Assembly (NCBI GenBank): GCA_905236245.1
Contig: CAJOPC010000029.1
Location: 384 to 64,383 of the forward strand
From: an uncultured Alphaproteobacteria bacterium
Lineage (GTDB): Bacteria > Pseudomonadota > Alphaproteobacteria > CAAHEQ01 > UBA3637
Direction: 5' to 3'
DNA length: 64,000 nt
Below the pieces are notes generated by a model. The model saw nothing but the letters and a program-made list of their open reading frames with translations, was not told the origin of the DNA and searched no databases. Positions 56,993-64,000 of this stretch are shown one piece after another; positions within the stretch are counted from its first letter, which is position 1; the number at the start of each line of letters is the position of its first letter. A program made the position numbers and the translations under genes.

Positions 56993-58393
56993 CTACAAGG
57001 GACAGTCACAATCCCCATCACTCATATAATAACAAGAACGTTGTAAATCCTCTGCTTCACAACAATAATGAAATCGGACTGGACTCGCAGCATTAGGATA
57101 ATTACAAACAATCTTTGTGCATTCTGTTGTTAAATTACCAACCACACTAGTCTCATCTTCTGCACATTCCAAACATTGGCCATCAAGAAAATAATAATTT
57201 TTTGGACAACCGCACTTAGCTGTACGGCCTCCAGAACTTGCCAAACCCTCTTCACAAACAACACACTCTCCATCTGACAAATAATAATTCTCTGGGCATC
57301 CGCAAACACCATCTTTCCATACAAAACCATCATTACAAACACAATGATTTGCTTCACTTACATGTTCATACTCCCCACATTCATGAACACATTCACCAGA
57401 TCTAAAATAAGAACCGACTGGACAGGGCCTATTTGTTTGGCACAAAATTTGGCTCATGCCTCCTGCACGGCAGTCTCCAGTTACCTCTACCCCCTCTGAA
57501 TAAACATATAAAATCAAGTCAGACTGACCACCTTCTGCTCGTGTCCATGTCCCAAAAGAACCAAAAGCTTGTTTTAAATTTTTCTTTTCTTCTTCACTAA
57601 GATGATATGTGTATGGAAACTCTCCTTCTATACCCAAGCTATCTAATGTGACCATTTCCAAACCTTTTGCTTTACACCAAGCCTCGGAAGACCACCAAGT
57701 ATGCCATGGGGAATGGATAATTGGAGATAACAAAAACGACTTTCCATTATAATAGTGCCATGTACCGTTTCCTAGTGGCAAACAAGTGCCCCGATCTGGA
57801 GCATAACAACCTTCACTTTGAAAATGACAATATTGATTTTCATCACAATCAAGGTTACTGACACAACCATCAACCGCAGTTTCTGTATCACAAGGTTGCT
57901 CATTATAGCTTAAATAAACATTTCCATTCTGACATACTGTACAGGTACCATTCCTATCCCTCAACAAGTCTGAGTCACAAGGTTCTAAACAAATATCTTT
58001 CCACTTTTCGTATCCTTCATCACATGCACATTGATTATCTACAATGATCTTTCCATCGCCCATGCAAGATTGACAACTGCCTGCATTTCCATAATATCCG
58101 CTTTCGTTATCGCAAGCACAGTTGTTTTCTTCATCTCTCACTTCATGGGATTGACAATTTTCGAAACAACCACCATCAATATCTTCATATCCATCAATGC
58201 ACTTACAGAATCCGTCTACAAGCTCACTATTAGACGGACACTTTTTCTTCTCTCCTCCAACATGGATACCCACAGAATCCACGCCGACTCCACGATAAGT
58301 GGAAGACTTGCGGCTCTTGCCTCCGCCACCACCGAAAGCCAAAACAGAGGTTGCTACCAAAATTGCTGTTCCGAATAATAATATTTTTCTCAT
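56993..58393 (-). CDS. secreted Cys-rich repeat protein with central lectin-like segment
   Basis: 466 aa. Signal peptide, many CxC/CxxC...GY repeats (CKCIDGYE, CACDEGYE, CVCNDGF, CGCPENYY, CGCPKNYY) and a central WWSSEAWCKAKGLEMVTLDS segment. Confidence 0.7.
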   Translation of the reverse strand: MRKILLFGTAILVATSVLAFGGGGGKSRKSSTYRGVGVDSVGIHVGGEKKKCPSNSELVDGFCKCIDGYEDIDGGCFENCQSHEVRDEENNCACDNESGYYGNAGSCQSCMGDGKIIVDNQCACDEGYEKWKDICLEPCDSDLLRDRNGTCTVCQNGNVYLSYNEQPCDTETAVDGCVSNLDCDENQYCHFQSEGCYAPDRGTCLPLGNGTWHYYNGKSFLLSPIIHSPWHTWWSSEAWCKAKGLEMVTLDSLGIEGEFPYTYHLSEEEKKNLKQAFGSFGTWTRAEGGQSDLILYVYSEGVEVTGDCRAGGMSQILCQTNRPCPVGSYFRSGECVHECGEYEHVSEANHCVCNDGFVWKDGVCGCPENYYLSDGECVVCEEGLASSGGRTAKCGCPKNYYFLDGQCLECAEDETSVVGNLTTECTKIVCNYPNAASPVRFHYCCEAEDLQRSCYYMSDGDCDCPL

Positions 58394-58503
58394 TTGTCAC
58401 CTTTTCATCTTCAATTTATATGGGTGAAGAAATAAGCACTTTCACATTTCTACACATAGTTTCATTCTGGCATACACCCGCCGCTCTTGTCAAGATAAAA
58501 AAA

Positions 58504-58529
58504 CACCGAAAAGAACTCGCTTTTCGGTG
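58504..58529 (-). terminator. intrinsic terminator of ssb
   Basis: CACCGAAAAG / CTTTTCGGTG stem. On the minus strand it is followed by T7. Confidence 0.7.
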
Positions 58530-58549
58530 CTTTTCATAATTCCTGTTTC

Positions 58550-59017
58550 TTAGAATGGGATTTCGTCGTTAAAACCGCCGTTATCTGCACTTGGAGCGGA
58601 ATCCCATCCAGCATCTGGAGCCGGCTCACCTTCTTCTGGAGCACCTTCACCGGCAGGAGCACCATCAGCACGCCCTTCCAACACAACTAATTCACCGCGG
58701 AAAGATCCAAGCACAATTTCTGTGGAAAATTTATCTTGTCCGCTGACATCTTGGAACTTACGTGTTTGTAAAGAACCTTCCACATAAACCTTGGACCCTT
58801 TTTTCAAAGCACGCTCAGCAAAATCCGCTAAATTAGAATTAAAAATCACAACGCGATGCCATTCTGTTTTTTCTTGGCGTTCACCATTTTTGTCTTTCCA
58901 AACGTCCGAAGTTGCCACAGAAAGATGCACAATCTTTGCACCTGCTGCTGTATGACGCACTTCTGGATCACGACCCAAATTACCAACCAAAATTACTTTA
59001 TTAATGCTACCCGCCAT
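58550..59017 (-). CDS. ssb: single-stranded DNA-binding protein
   Basis: 155 aa. OB-fold N-terminus INKVILVGNLGRDPE, Gly/Pro/Ala linker, DDEIPF tip. Confidence 0.9.
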   Translation of the reverse strand: MAGSINKVILVGNLGRDPEVRHTAAGAKIVHLSVATSDVWKDKNGERQEKTEWHRVVIFNSNLADFAERALKKGSKVYVEGSLQTRKFQDVSGQDKFSTEIVLGSFRGELVVLEGRADGAPAGEGAPEEGEPAPDAGWDSAPSADNGGFNDEIPF

Positions 59018-59158
59018 AGTTTATCCTTTCTCTTAATTATCTGATGGGCTTATTTTAACCACTTTGCAAAAGAAAAGCAAGTTTTTTTAAAATTCCCCTT
59101 GACAACCACACCAAATAAACGATATTTTATTTGTCAATTCTTTTAAAAGGGGAAAATT

Positions 59159-59374
59159 ATGAACAAAGAACAATTGATTAGGCCGATAGACGCACGCGAA
59201 TACATCAACTTTCAATTTAATGATTTAGCGACAACGCTTCAACAATTTGATTTTGGCGGAATGGCAGATATCGTGCGCGCCGCACAAATTGTTTTTCAAA
59301 ACACCTTACCCGATTCGCATCCAACACAATCCACGGATTACACTTTGCTAGAAACAGAAAAGATTGCTGATTAA
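59159..59374 (+). CDS. hypothetical small protein
   Basis: 71 aa. RBS AAAAGGGG. TTGACA lies at 59099-59104 upstream. Confidence 0.4.
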   Translation: MNKEQLIRPIDAREYINFQFNDLATTLQQFDFGGMADIVRAAQIVFQNTLPDSHPTQSTDYTLLETEKIAD

Positions 59375-59379
59375 GAATT

Positions 59380-60102
59380 TTACTTCAACGCCGCATTTTG
59401 TTTTGCAATCAATTCGGCAATACCTTTTTCGGCCAAATCCATCAATTTATTTAACTCATCCCGACTAAAAGGAGCCATTTCTGCAGAGCCTTGAATTTCA
59501 ATCAATTTTCCATCAGCAGTCATGACAAAATTTGCGTCCGTTCCGGCATTAGAATCTTCTGCATAATCCAAATCTAAAACTGGCTTACCGCCCACAATAC
59601 CACACGATACGGCAGCAACTTGTCCGACGATAGGAGAATGCTCAATATGCTTTGACTTTAATGCTTCATCCACCGCCATTTTTAAAGCAACATATGCGGC
59701 CGTGATACTGGCAGTCCGCGTTCCGCCATCGGCTTGCAATACATCACAATCAATTTTAATTGTTTTGTTCGGAATTTGATGCAAATCTACCACAGCTCGC
59801 AATGCCCGACCAATCAAACGTTGAATTTCAATAGCTCGGGAATCTTGTTTGCCCTTCACGGCATCGCGATCTTTACGAATATTTCCCGCATGAGGCAACA
59901 TCCCGTATTCTGCTGTCAACCAACCGCCATGCTTTTGCTGTTGTTTCATCCAAGCCGGCACTTTATCTTCAATCATAACTGTGCATAAAACATGTGTATC
60001 GCCCCATTTAATCAAGCATGATCCGGGGGCATATTTATTGACATGTGTTTGTATTTCTATCGGACGCAATTCATCGGCTGCGCGGCCAGAAGGTCTAGAC
60101 AT
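59380..60102 (-). CDS. rph: ribonuclease PH
   Basis: 240 aa. RPSGRAADELRP N-terminus and DCDVLQADGGTRTASIT. Confidence 0.9.
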   Translation of the reverse strand: MSRPSGRAADELRPIEIQTHVNKYAPGSCLIKWGDTHVLCTVMIEDKVPAWMKQQQKHGGWLTAEYGMLPHAGNIRKDRDAVKGKQDSRAIEIQRLIGRALRAVVDLHQIPNKTIKIDCDVLQADGGTRTASITAAYVALKMAVDEALKSKHIEHSPIVGQVAAVSCGIVGGKPVLDLDYAEDSNAGTDANFVMTADGKLIEIQGSAEMAPFSRDELNKLMDLAEKGIAELIAKQNAALK

Positions 60103-60218
60103 TTAAAACTCCTTTTTTTATAGATCGAGTTTAGCATTTTTCATAAAAAAAAGCAAGCGCTCTTGATTTTTCATTGGGAAGCGACTACATATATAAGTAT
60201 AGAAAAGGATGGTGTATC

Positions 60219-60758
60219 ATGGACAAGAAAAAAGAACACAAAAGCGAAGAAAAACAACAAACTCCTGCAACACAGGCGGACGATCAAGTTGCTCACTTGC
60301 AAGAAGAAGTTTTGCACTGGAAAGATTTGGCTCTCCGCAATGCCGCCGAAGTAGAAAATATGCGCAAACGTTGTGCTTTGGATATGCAAAACACAGCCCG
60401 TTACGCCAACAAAGATTTTGCATTAGATATGTTGCCCGTGATGGATAATTTAGAGCGTGCACTTAAAACCGCGAAGGTTGAAATGGGCAAATCCGACAAA
60501 CCTTGCGAACCATTTTTCACCAGCCTGTTGCAAGGCGTCGAAATGGTCCACAAACAACTGGAGGATGCTTTGGGTAAAAATCATGTCAAAAAGATGCAAG
60601 ATGCCGGGCATGTTTTCAATCCCGACAAACATCAAGTTATTCAACAAGTTGAAGATCCGTCAAAACCGGCCGGCACAATTATAGAAGAATTACAAACCGG
60701 CTATACAATCGGGGACAATCGTGTTTTGCGTGAAGCTATGGTTGTTGTGACGAAGTAG
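60219..60758 (+). CDS. grpE: nucleotide exchange factor GrpE
   Basis: ATG at 60219 (RBS AAGGA). ENMRKR...FALDMLPVMDNLERAL and FNPDKHQ motifs. Confidence 0.9.
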   Translation: MDKKKEHKSEEKQQTPATQADDQVAHLQEEVLHWKDLALRNAAEVENMRKRCALDMQNTARYANKDFALDMLPVMDNLERALKTAKVEMGKSDKPCEPFFTSLLQGVEMVHKQLEDALGKNHVKKMQDAGHVFNPDKHQVIQQVEDPSKPAGTIIEELQTGYTIGDNRVLREAMVVVTK

Positions 60759-61248
60759 GCACTTCAAAAGCATCAATAATCGGCTTAAATTCCTCTAAAA
60801 CACGGCGATAAACGCTCTTTTTAAAGGGGATGACGAGATATGGAACTTTTTTCGGTGGTACCCATCTGGCCCCACAAAATTCCGGACGCCGTTCGTTGTC
60901 GAATTTTAAATCTTCTTGTTTACCACTAAAATACAGCAAAAACCATTTTTGTTTATTACCGTCGATAGAAGTACGCATCCGCTGTGGCAAATCATATGTC
61001 AACCATTCCTTTGATTCGGCAAGCAATTGAACATTTTGCTTGGTAAGGCCAATTTCTTCGAACATCTCTCGCCACAAAGCCTCTTCCGGCGTTTCACCTG
61101 GCTCAATACCACCTTGAGGCATCTGATAACGATAAGGCGAATCTTTAGGCCAACAACGCCGTCCCAGAAAAACTTTCTTTCTGGAATCGATCATCATAAA
61201 GCCTATTGAGGCACGATAATGTGGCTCATTTTTCTCCATTGGAAACAA
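60736..61248 (-). CDS. rppH: RNA pyrophosphohydrolase (Nudix)
   Basis: 170 aa. Nudix box GGIEPGETPEEALWREMFEEIGL. Confidence 0.85.
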   Translation of the reverse strand: MFPMEKNEPHYRASIGFMMIDSRKKVFLGRRCWPKDSPYRYQMPQGGIEPGETPEEALWREMFEEIGLTKQNVQLLAESKEWLTYDLPQRMRTSIDGNKQKWFLLYFSGKQEDLKFDNERRPEFCGARWVPPKKVPYLVIPFKKSVYRRVLEEFKPIIDAFEVPTSSQQP

Positions 61249-62536
61249 CTTCCTTTTGCTCCGAAAAAACAGCCATTGCCTTTAAAATATCCAATGCTCT
61301 GTTTAATTGATAATCTTCTTTTTCTTCAGAGGGCTTTTCTTCTGCATTATTTGGATCTTGCGGCGTATCTTTGGCTTTTTTACCAACCTCAGAAGACAAA
61401 GCACCGTCTAAATCTCCTTCTGCCCATCCGGTAATTTTCGGCAACTCTTTTAACTCTGCGCGTGGAATTTCTACATCCGGCACAATACCTTTTGCCTGAA
61501 TCGAATTTCCCGAAGGCGTAAAGTAGCGTGCAGTTGTGATTTTAATTGCGCCAAATCCCGGAATTTCACGAATCGTTTGCACCGAGCCTTTACCAAAGGA
61601 TTTTAATCCAACAATAACGGCCCGTTTATGGTCTTGTAATGCACCGGCAACAATTTCAGAAGCAGATGCGGAACCTTCATTGATCATCACAACCAGCGGC
61701 AAACCATGAGTCATGTCGCCTGTTTTTGCGGAAAATCTTAAAGTATCTTCGGCCTTTTTGGAACGAGTTGAAACAATCTCTCCTTGGGACAAAAATGTGT
61801 CGGCAACACCGACGGCTTGATCCAACAATCCACCAGGATTATTTCGAATGTCCAACACGAAACCTTTGATTTTATCTTCACCGATAGATTCTGTTAAAGA
61901 ACGAATCGCCTTGTGCAACTCTGGCGTTGTTCTTTCACTAAAGGTCAACAACCGAATATAGCCGATATCACCTTTGGCTTCGAATTTCACAGGATCCACT
62001 TTGATGATATCACGCACCAAAGTAATTTCAAATGGCTCCTTATTTTTTCTGGAAATTTTAACTTTTACTTTTGTCTTTGGCTCACCACGCAAACGCTTCA
62101 CCGCTTCGTTCAAAGACAACCCAACTACAGATGTGCCATCAATGTGTGTAATATAGTCACCGGCTTGAATCCCCGCGCGGAAAGCCGGCGTATCATCAAT
62201 AGGAGACACAACGCGCACAAAATTATTTTCACTAGAAACTTCCATACCAACACCACCAAATTCGCCTTTGGTTTGGGTATGCATATCATCCATTTCTTCT
62301 TTGTTCAAGAAACCGGAGTGAGGATCTTGTGCGGTCAAAACACCATTTAAAGCTTTTTCCACCATTGTTTTATAAGAAACATCTTCAACATAATCTTCCT
62401 TAATCAATTTCAATGATGATCCCAACAGCTCCATCAATACATAAACATCTTCGTTTTCCGCAGGTTTTTCAGCCGGCGCATCAGCCCAAACAGGAACAAC
62501 GCTCATCATTAAAAAAGCTACCAACAATTTTTTCAT
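61226..62536 (-). CDS. ctpA: S41 carboxy-terminal processing protease
   Basis: 436 aa. Signal peptide, PDZ domain (GIQAGDYITHIDG), GSASASEI and FGKGSVQ. Confidence 0.9.
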   Translation of the reverse strand: MKKLLVAFLMMSVVPVWADAPAEKPAENEDVYVLMELLGSSLKLIKEDYVEDVSYKTMVEKALNGVLTAQDPHSGFLNKEEMDDMHTQTKGEFGGVGMEVSSENNFVRVVSPIDDTPAFRAGIQAGDYITHIDGTSVVGLSLNEAVKRLRGEPKTKVKVKISRKNKEPFEITLVRDIIKVDPVKFEAKGDIGYIRLLTFSERTTPELHKAIRSLTESIGEDKIKGFVLDIRNNPGGLLDQAVGVADTFLSQGEIVSTRSKKAEDTLRFSAKTGDMTHGLPLVVMINEGSASASEIVAGALQDHKRAVIVGLKSFGKGSVQTIREIPGFGAIKITTARYFTPSGNSIQAKGIVPDVEIPRAELKELPKITGWAEGDLDGALSSEVGKKAKDTPQDPNNAEEKPSEEKEDYQLNRALDILKAMAVFSEQKEVVSNGEK

Positions 62537-62549
62537 CTTTTTCTCCTAT

Positions 62550-63677
62550 TTAAATAAACCATGGACGAGGATCTATTGCTTGACCATTTTGCCTTATTTC
62601 AATATATAAGCTTGTATAGCTGTCACTCATATATCCAATGGGCTCACCTGTCAACAATTGACTACCCGCACTTGTACTTAGTGTATTCATTCCTGCTAAA
62701 ACAGTCAAGTAATTATCTCCGTGATCAATAATAACCAACTGTCCATAATTTTGAAAAGGCCCAGCAAACAAAACTGTTCCGTCAAACGGAGCAACCACTT
62801 GCCCACCACGTCTTGTACTTACAATAATACCCTTTGCGTGAGATTGGCTGGCGCCTGTGATTTCACCAAATTGTTGAGTGATTTTCCCTTGAGCAGGCAA
62901 AGACAAGGCTCCTTTTGCCCGAGCAAATGCGCCCGTGCCTGCTTTTTGAGTCACTGTTGCTGCCATCTGCTTCTTTTGTTTTTCTTTTTCCAAATTGCTC
63001 AACAACTCTTTCAAATCCTTTGCTTCTTTGGCCAGTTTTTCTGCTTTTGCTTTAGATTGTTCATAGGAGGACGCATAATGAGCCTGTAAAACCTTTTTTT
63101 GCTTAGCCAACTTTTCCATTTTGACATTCTTATCAGACAACTCCGCTTTTGTTGTCTTAATCGCCTTTATTTTGTTTTGTAAATCTTGTTTGACTTGACT
63201 CAATTGCGATAAATCTTCCTGCGTTTGTTTTTTTACGCCGCCAACAATAGGGAAACTATATTGCATCAACAATTTAGAACGCAAAAATTCAATAGGCGTT
63301 TTGGATTGAACAATTAAAATCTCACTGGGACGCAAAGCCAATGTTTGCATACCTTTCATAATTTGAGCAAGCTGATTTGTTGTCAAAGAAAGCCGACCTT
63401 CCAACTCTGTCTGTTTTTTCTCTAACTCTTTTTTCTTTTGCTCTAATAATGACAATTGATTTTCATGCTTGCGCACCGTATTAGCCAATGACACCATTTC
63501 TTTTTGAACGCTTTGCACTTCTTTTGACAAAGCCTGAGACTTGCGCTGAGATTCCGCTTGAACCTTTTTTTCCTGTTTAATTTGTTCTTCAATTTTAGCT
63601 AAATCATTAGCGCTTGGAGCCGCCATCACGGTTGCCCCCATACCTAATAACATAACTAAAATGACTTTCTTAAACAC
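62550..63677 (-). CDS. EnvC-like murein hydrolase activator (coiled coil plus M23/LytM domain)
   Basis: 375 aa. Signal peptide, long coiled coil, C-terminal LytM-like VIIDHGDNYLTVLAG. Confidence 0.8.
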   Translation of the reverse strand: MFKKVILVMLLGMGATVMAAPSANDLAKIEEQIKQEKKVQAESQRKSQALSKEVQSVQKEMVSLANTVRKHENQLSLLEQKKKELEKKQTELEGRLSLTTNQLAQIMKGMQTLALRPSEILIVQSKTPIEFLRSKLLMQYSFPIVGGVKKQTQEDLSQLSQVKQDLQNKIKAIKTTKAELSDKNVKMEKLAKQKKVLQAHYASSYEQSKAKAEKLAKEAKDLKELLSNLEKEKQKKQMAATVTQKAGTGAFARAKGALSLPAQGKITQQFGEITGASQSHAKGIIVSTRRGGQVVAPFDGTVLFAGPFQNYGQLVIIDHGDNYLTVLAGMNTLSTSAGSQLLTGEPIGYMSDSYTSLYIEIRQNGQAIDPRPWFI

Positions 63678-63680
63678 AAC

Positions 63681-64000
63681 TTACCTTTCAATCAAAGAAT
63701 TTCCAGTCATCTCTTCCGGTTTTTCAATACCCATTAAATCAAGCAATGTCGGCGCCACATCGGCCAAACGACCTTCCTTTAAACCGGTGACACCGTTGCC
63801 ATTGACCAAGACAGCTTTTACCGGCGTGCATGTATGAGAAGTTTTTGGCGATCCATCATCATAAACCATATCTTCCGCATTACCATGATCGGCGGTAATA
63901 AATAATGCGCCACCCTTATCAGTAACGGCTTTTACTAAGCGACCAACACATACATCCACCGTTTCCACAGCCTTGATTGCTGCCGACATAATACCCGTAT
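63681..64000 (-). CDS. gpmI: 2,3-bisphosphoglycerate-independent phosphoglycerate mutase, C-terminal part (5' end outside window)
   Basis: ALFITADHGNAEDM and APTLLDLMGIEKPEEMTG are the C-terminal iPGM motifs. The ORF runs off the window edge. Confidence 0.85.
   Translation of the reverse strand, partial: TGIMSAAIKAVETVDVCVGRLVKAVTDKGGALFITADHGNAEDMVYDDGSPKTSHTCTPVKAVLVNGNGVTGLKEGRLADVAPTLLDLMGIEKPEEMTGNSLIER

Noticed and set aside
60103-60218. Possible CIRCE element or sigma32 promoter, and a missing hrcA, between rph and grpE.
   Set aside because: Only a TTAGCA half-site is present, with no GAGTGCTAA partner. CTTG...CATATAT has the wrong spacing and base for the alphaproteobacterial sigma32 consensus. 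Absence of hrcA here cannot be interpreted without the whole genome.
1-64000. CRISPR arrays, IS elements or transposases, rRNA genes, and other structured ncRNAs (tmRNA, SRP RNA, RNase P).
   Set aside because: No spaced direct-repeat array, no transposase-like ORF, and no rRNA-like or GC-rich structured segment was noticed in any intergenic region over 100 nt. Only one tRNA was found.

Overview
This 64-kb window looks like chromosome from an AT-rich alphaproteobacterium. The synteny blocks gpmI-envC-ctpA-rppH and mtaB-ftsY fit that, and several genes point to an anaerobic or microaerophilic lifestyle (class III RNR NrdD/NrdG, a flavodiiron protein, BatA/B/D). Everything here was read by eye from the sequence and the ORF track; no database search was possible.

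Most of the window is housekeeping: rne, rpmB, uppP, prfB with its +1 frameshift, mrcA, ftsY, mtaB, gyrA, ssb, rph, grpE, ctpA and others. Two accessory regions stand out.

(1) 40.3-50.8 kb is a compact module derived from a T7-supergroup podovirus. It encodes an S24 autocleavable repressor, two unknown early ORFs, portal, scaffold, major capsid, tail tubular A and B, a gp14-like internal protein, a small-terminase-sized ORF, large terminase, a SleB-type endolysin and two small membrane proteins. It has no polymerase, primase, RNAP, integrase, gp15/16-like core proteins or tail fibre.

(2) 12.9-23.0 kb lies next to tRNA-Gly(CCC). It holds an orphan T7-type tail-fibre gene, followed by a low-GC operon for 2-aminoethylphosphonate surface-glycan decoration (PepM fusion, Ppd, AEP transaminase, LicC-like, LicD, and a 1032-aa tri-domain transferase).

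The leading hypothesis is a domesticated, split, podovirus-derived particle system resembling a gene transfer agent (GTA). It may be SOS-controlled (a GTTC-N7-GTTC box over the early promoter) and may use leader attenuators.

Other oddities are a class III RNR whose glycyl-radical domain is a separate 67-aa ORF, a eukaryote-like Cys-rich secreted protein, a SixA-fold protein lacking both catalytic His residues, and unknown genes translationally coupled to gyrA.
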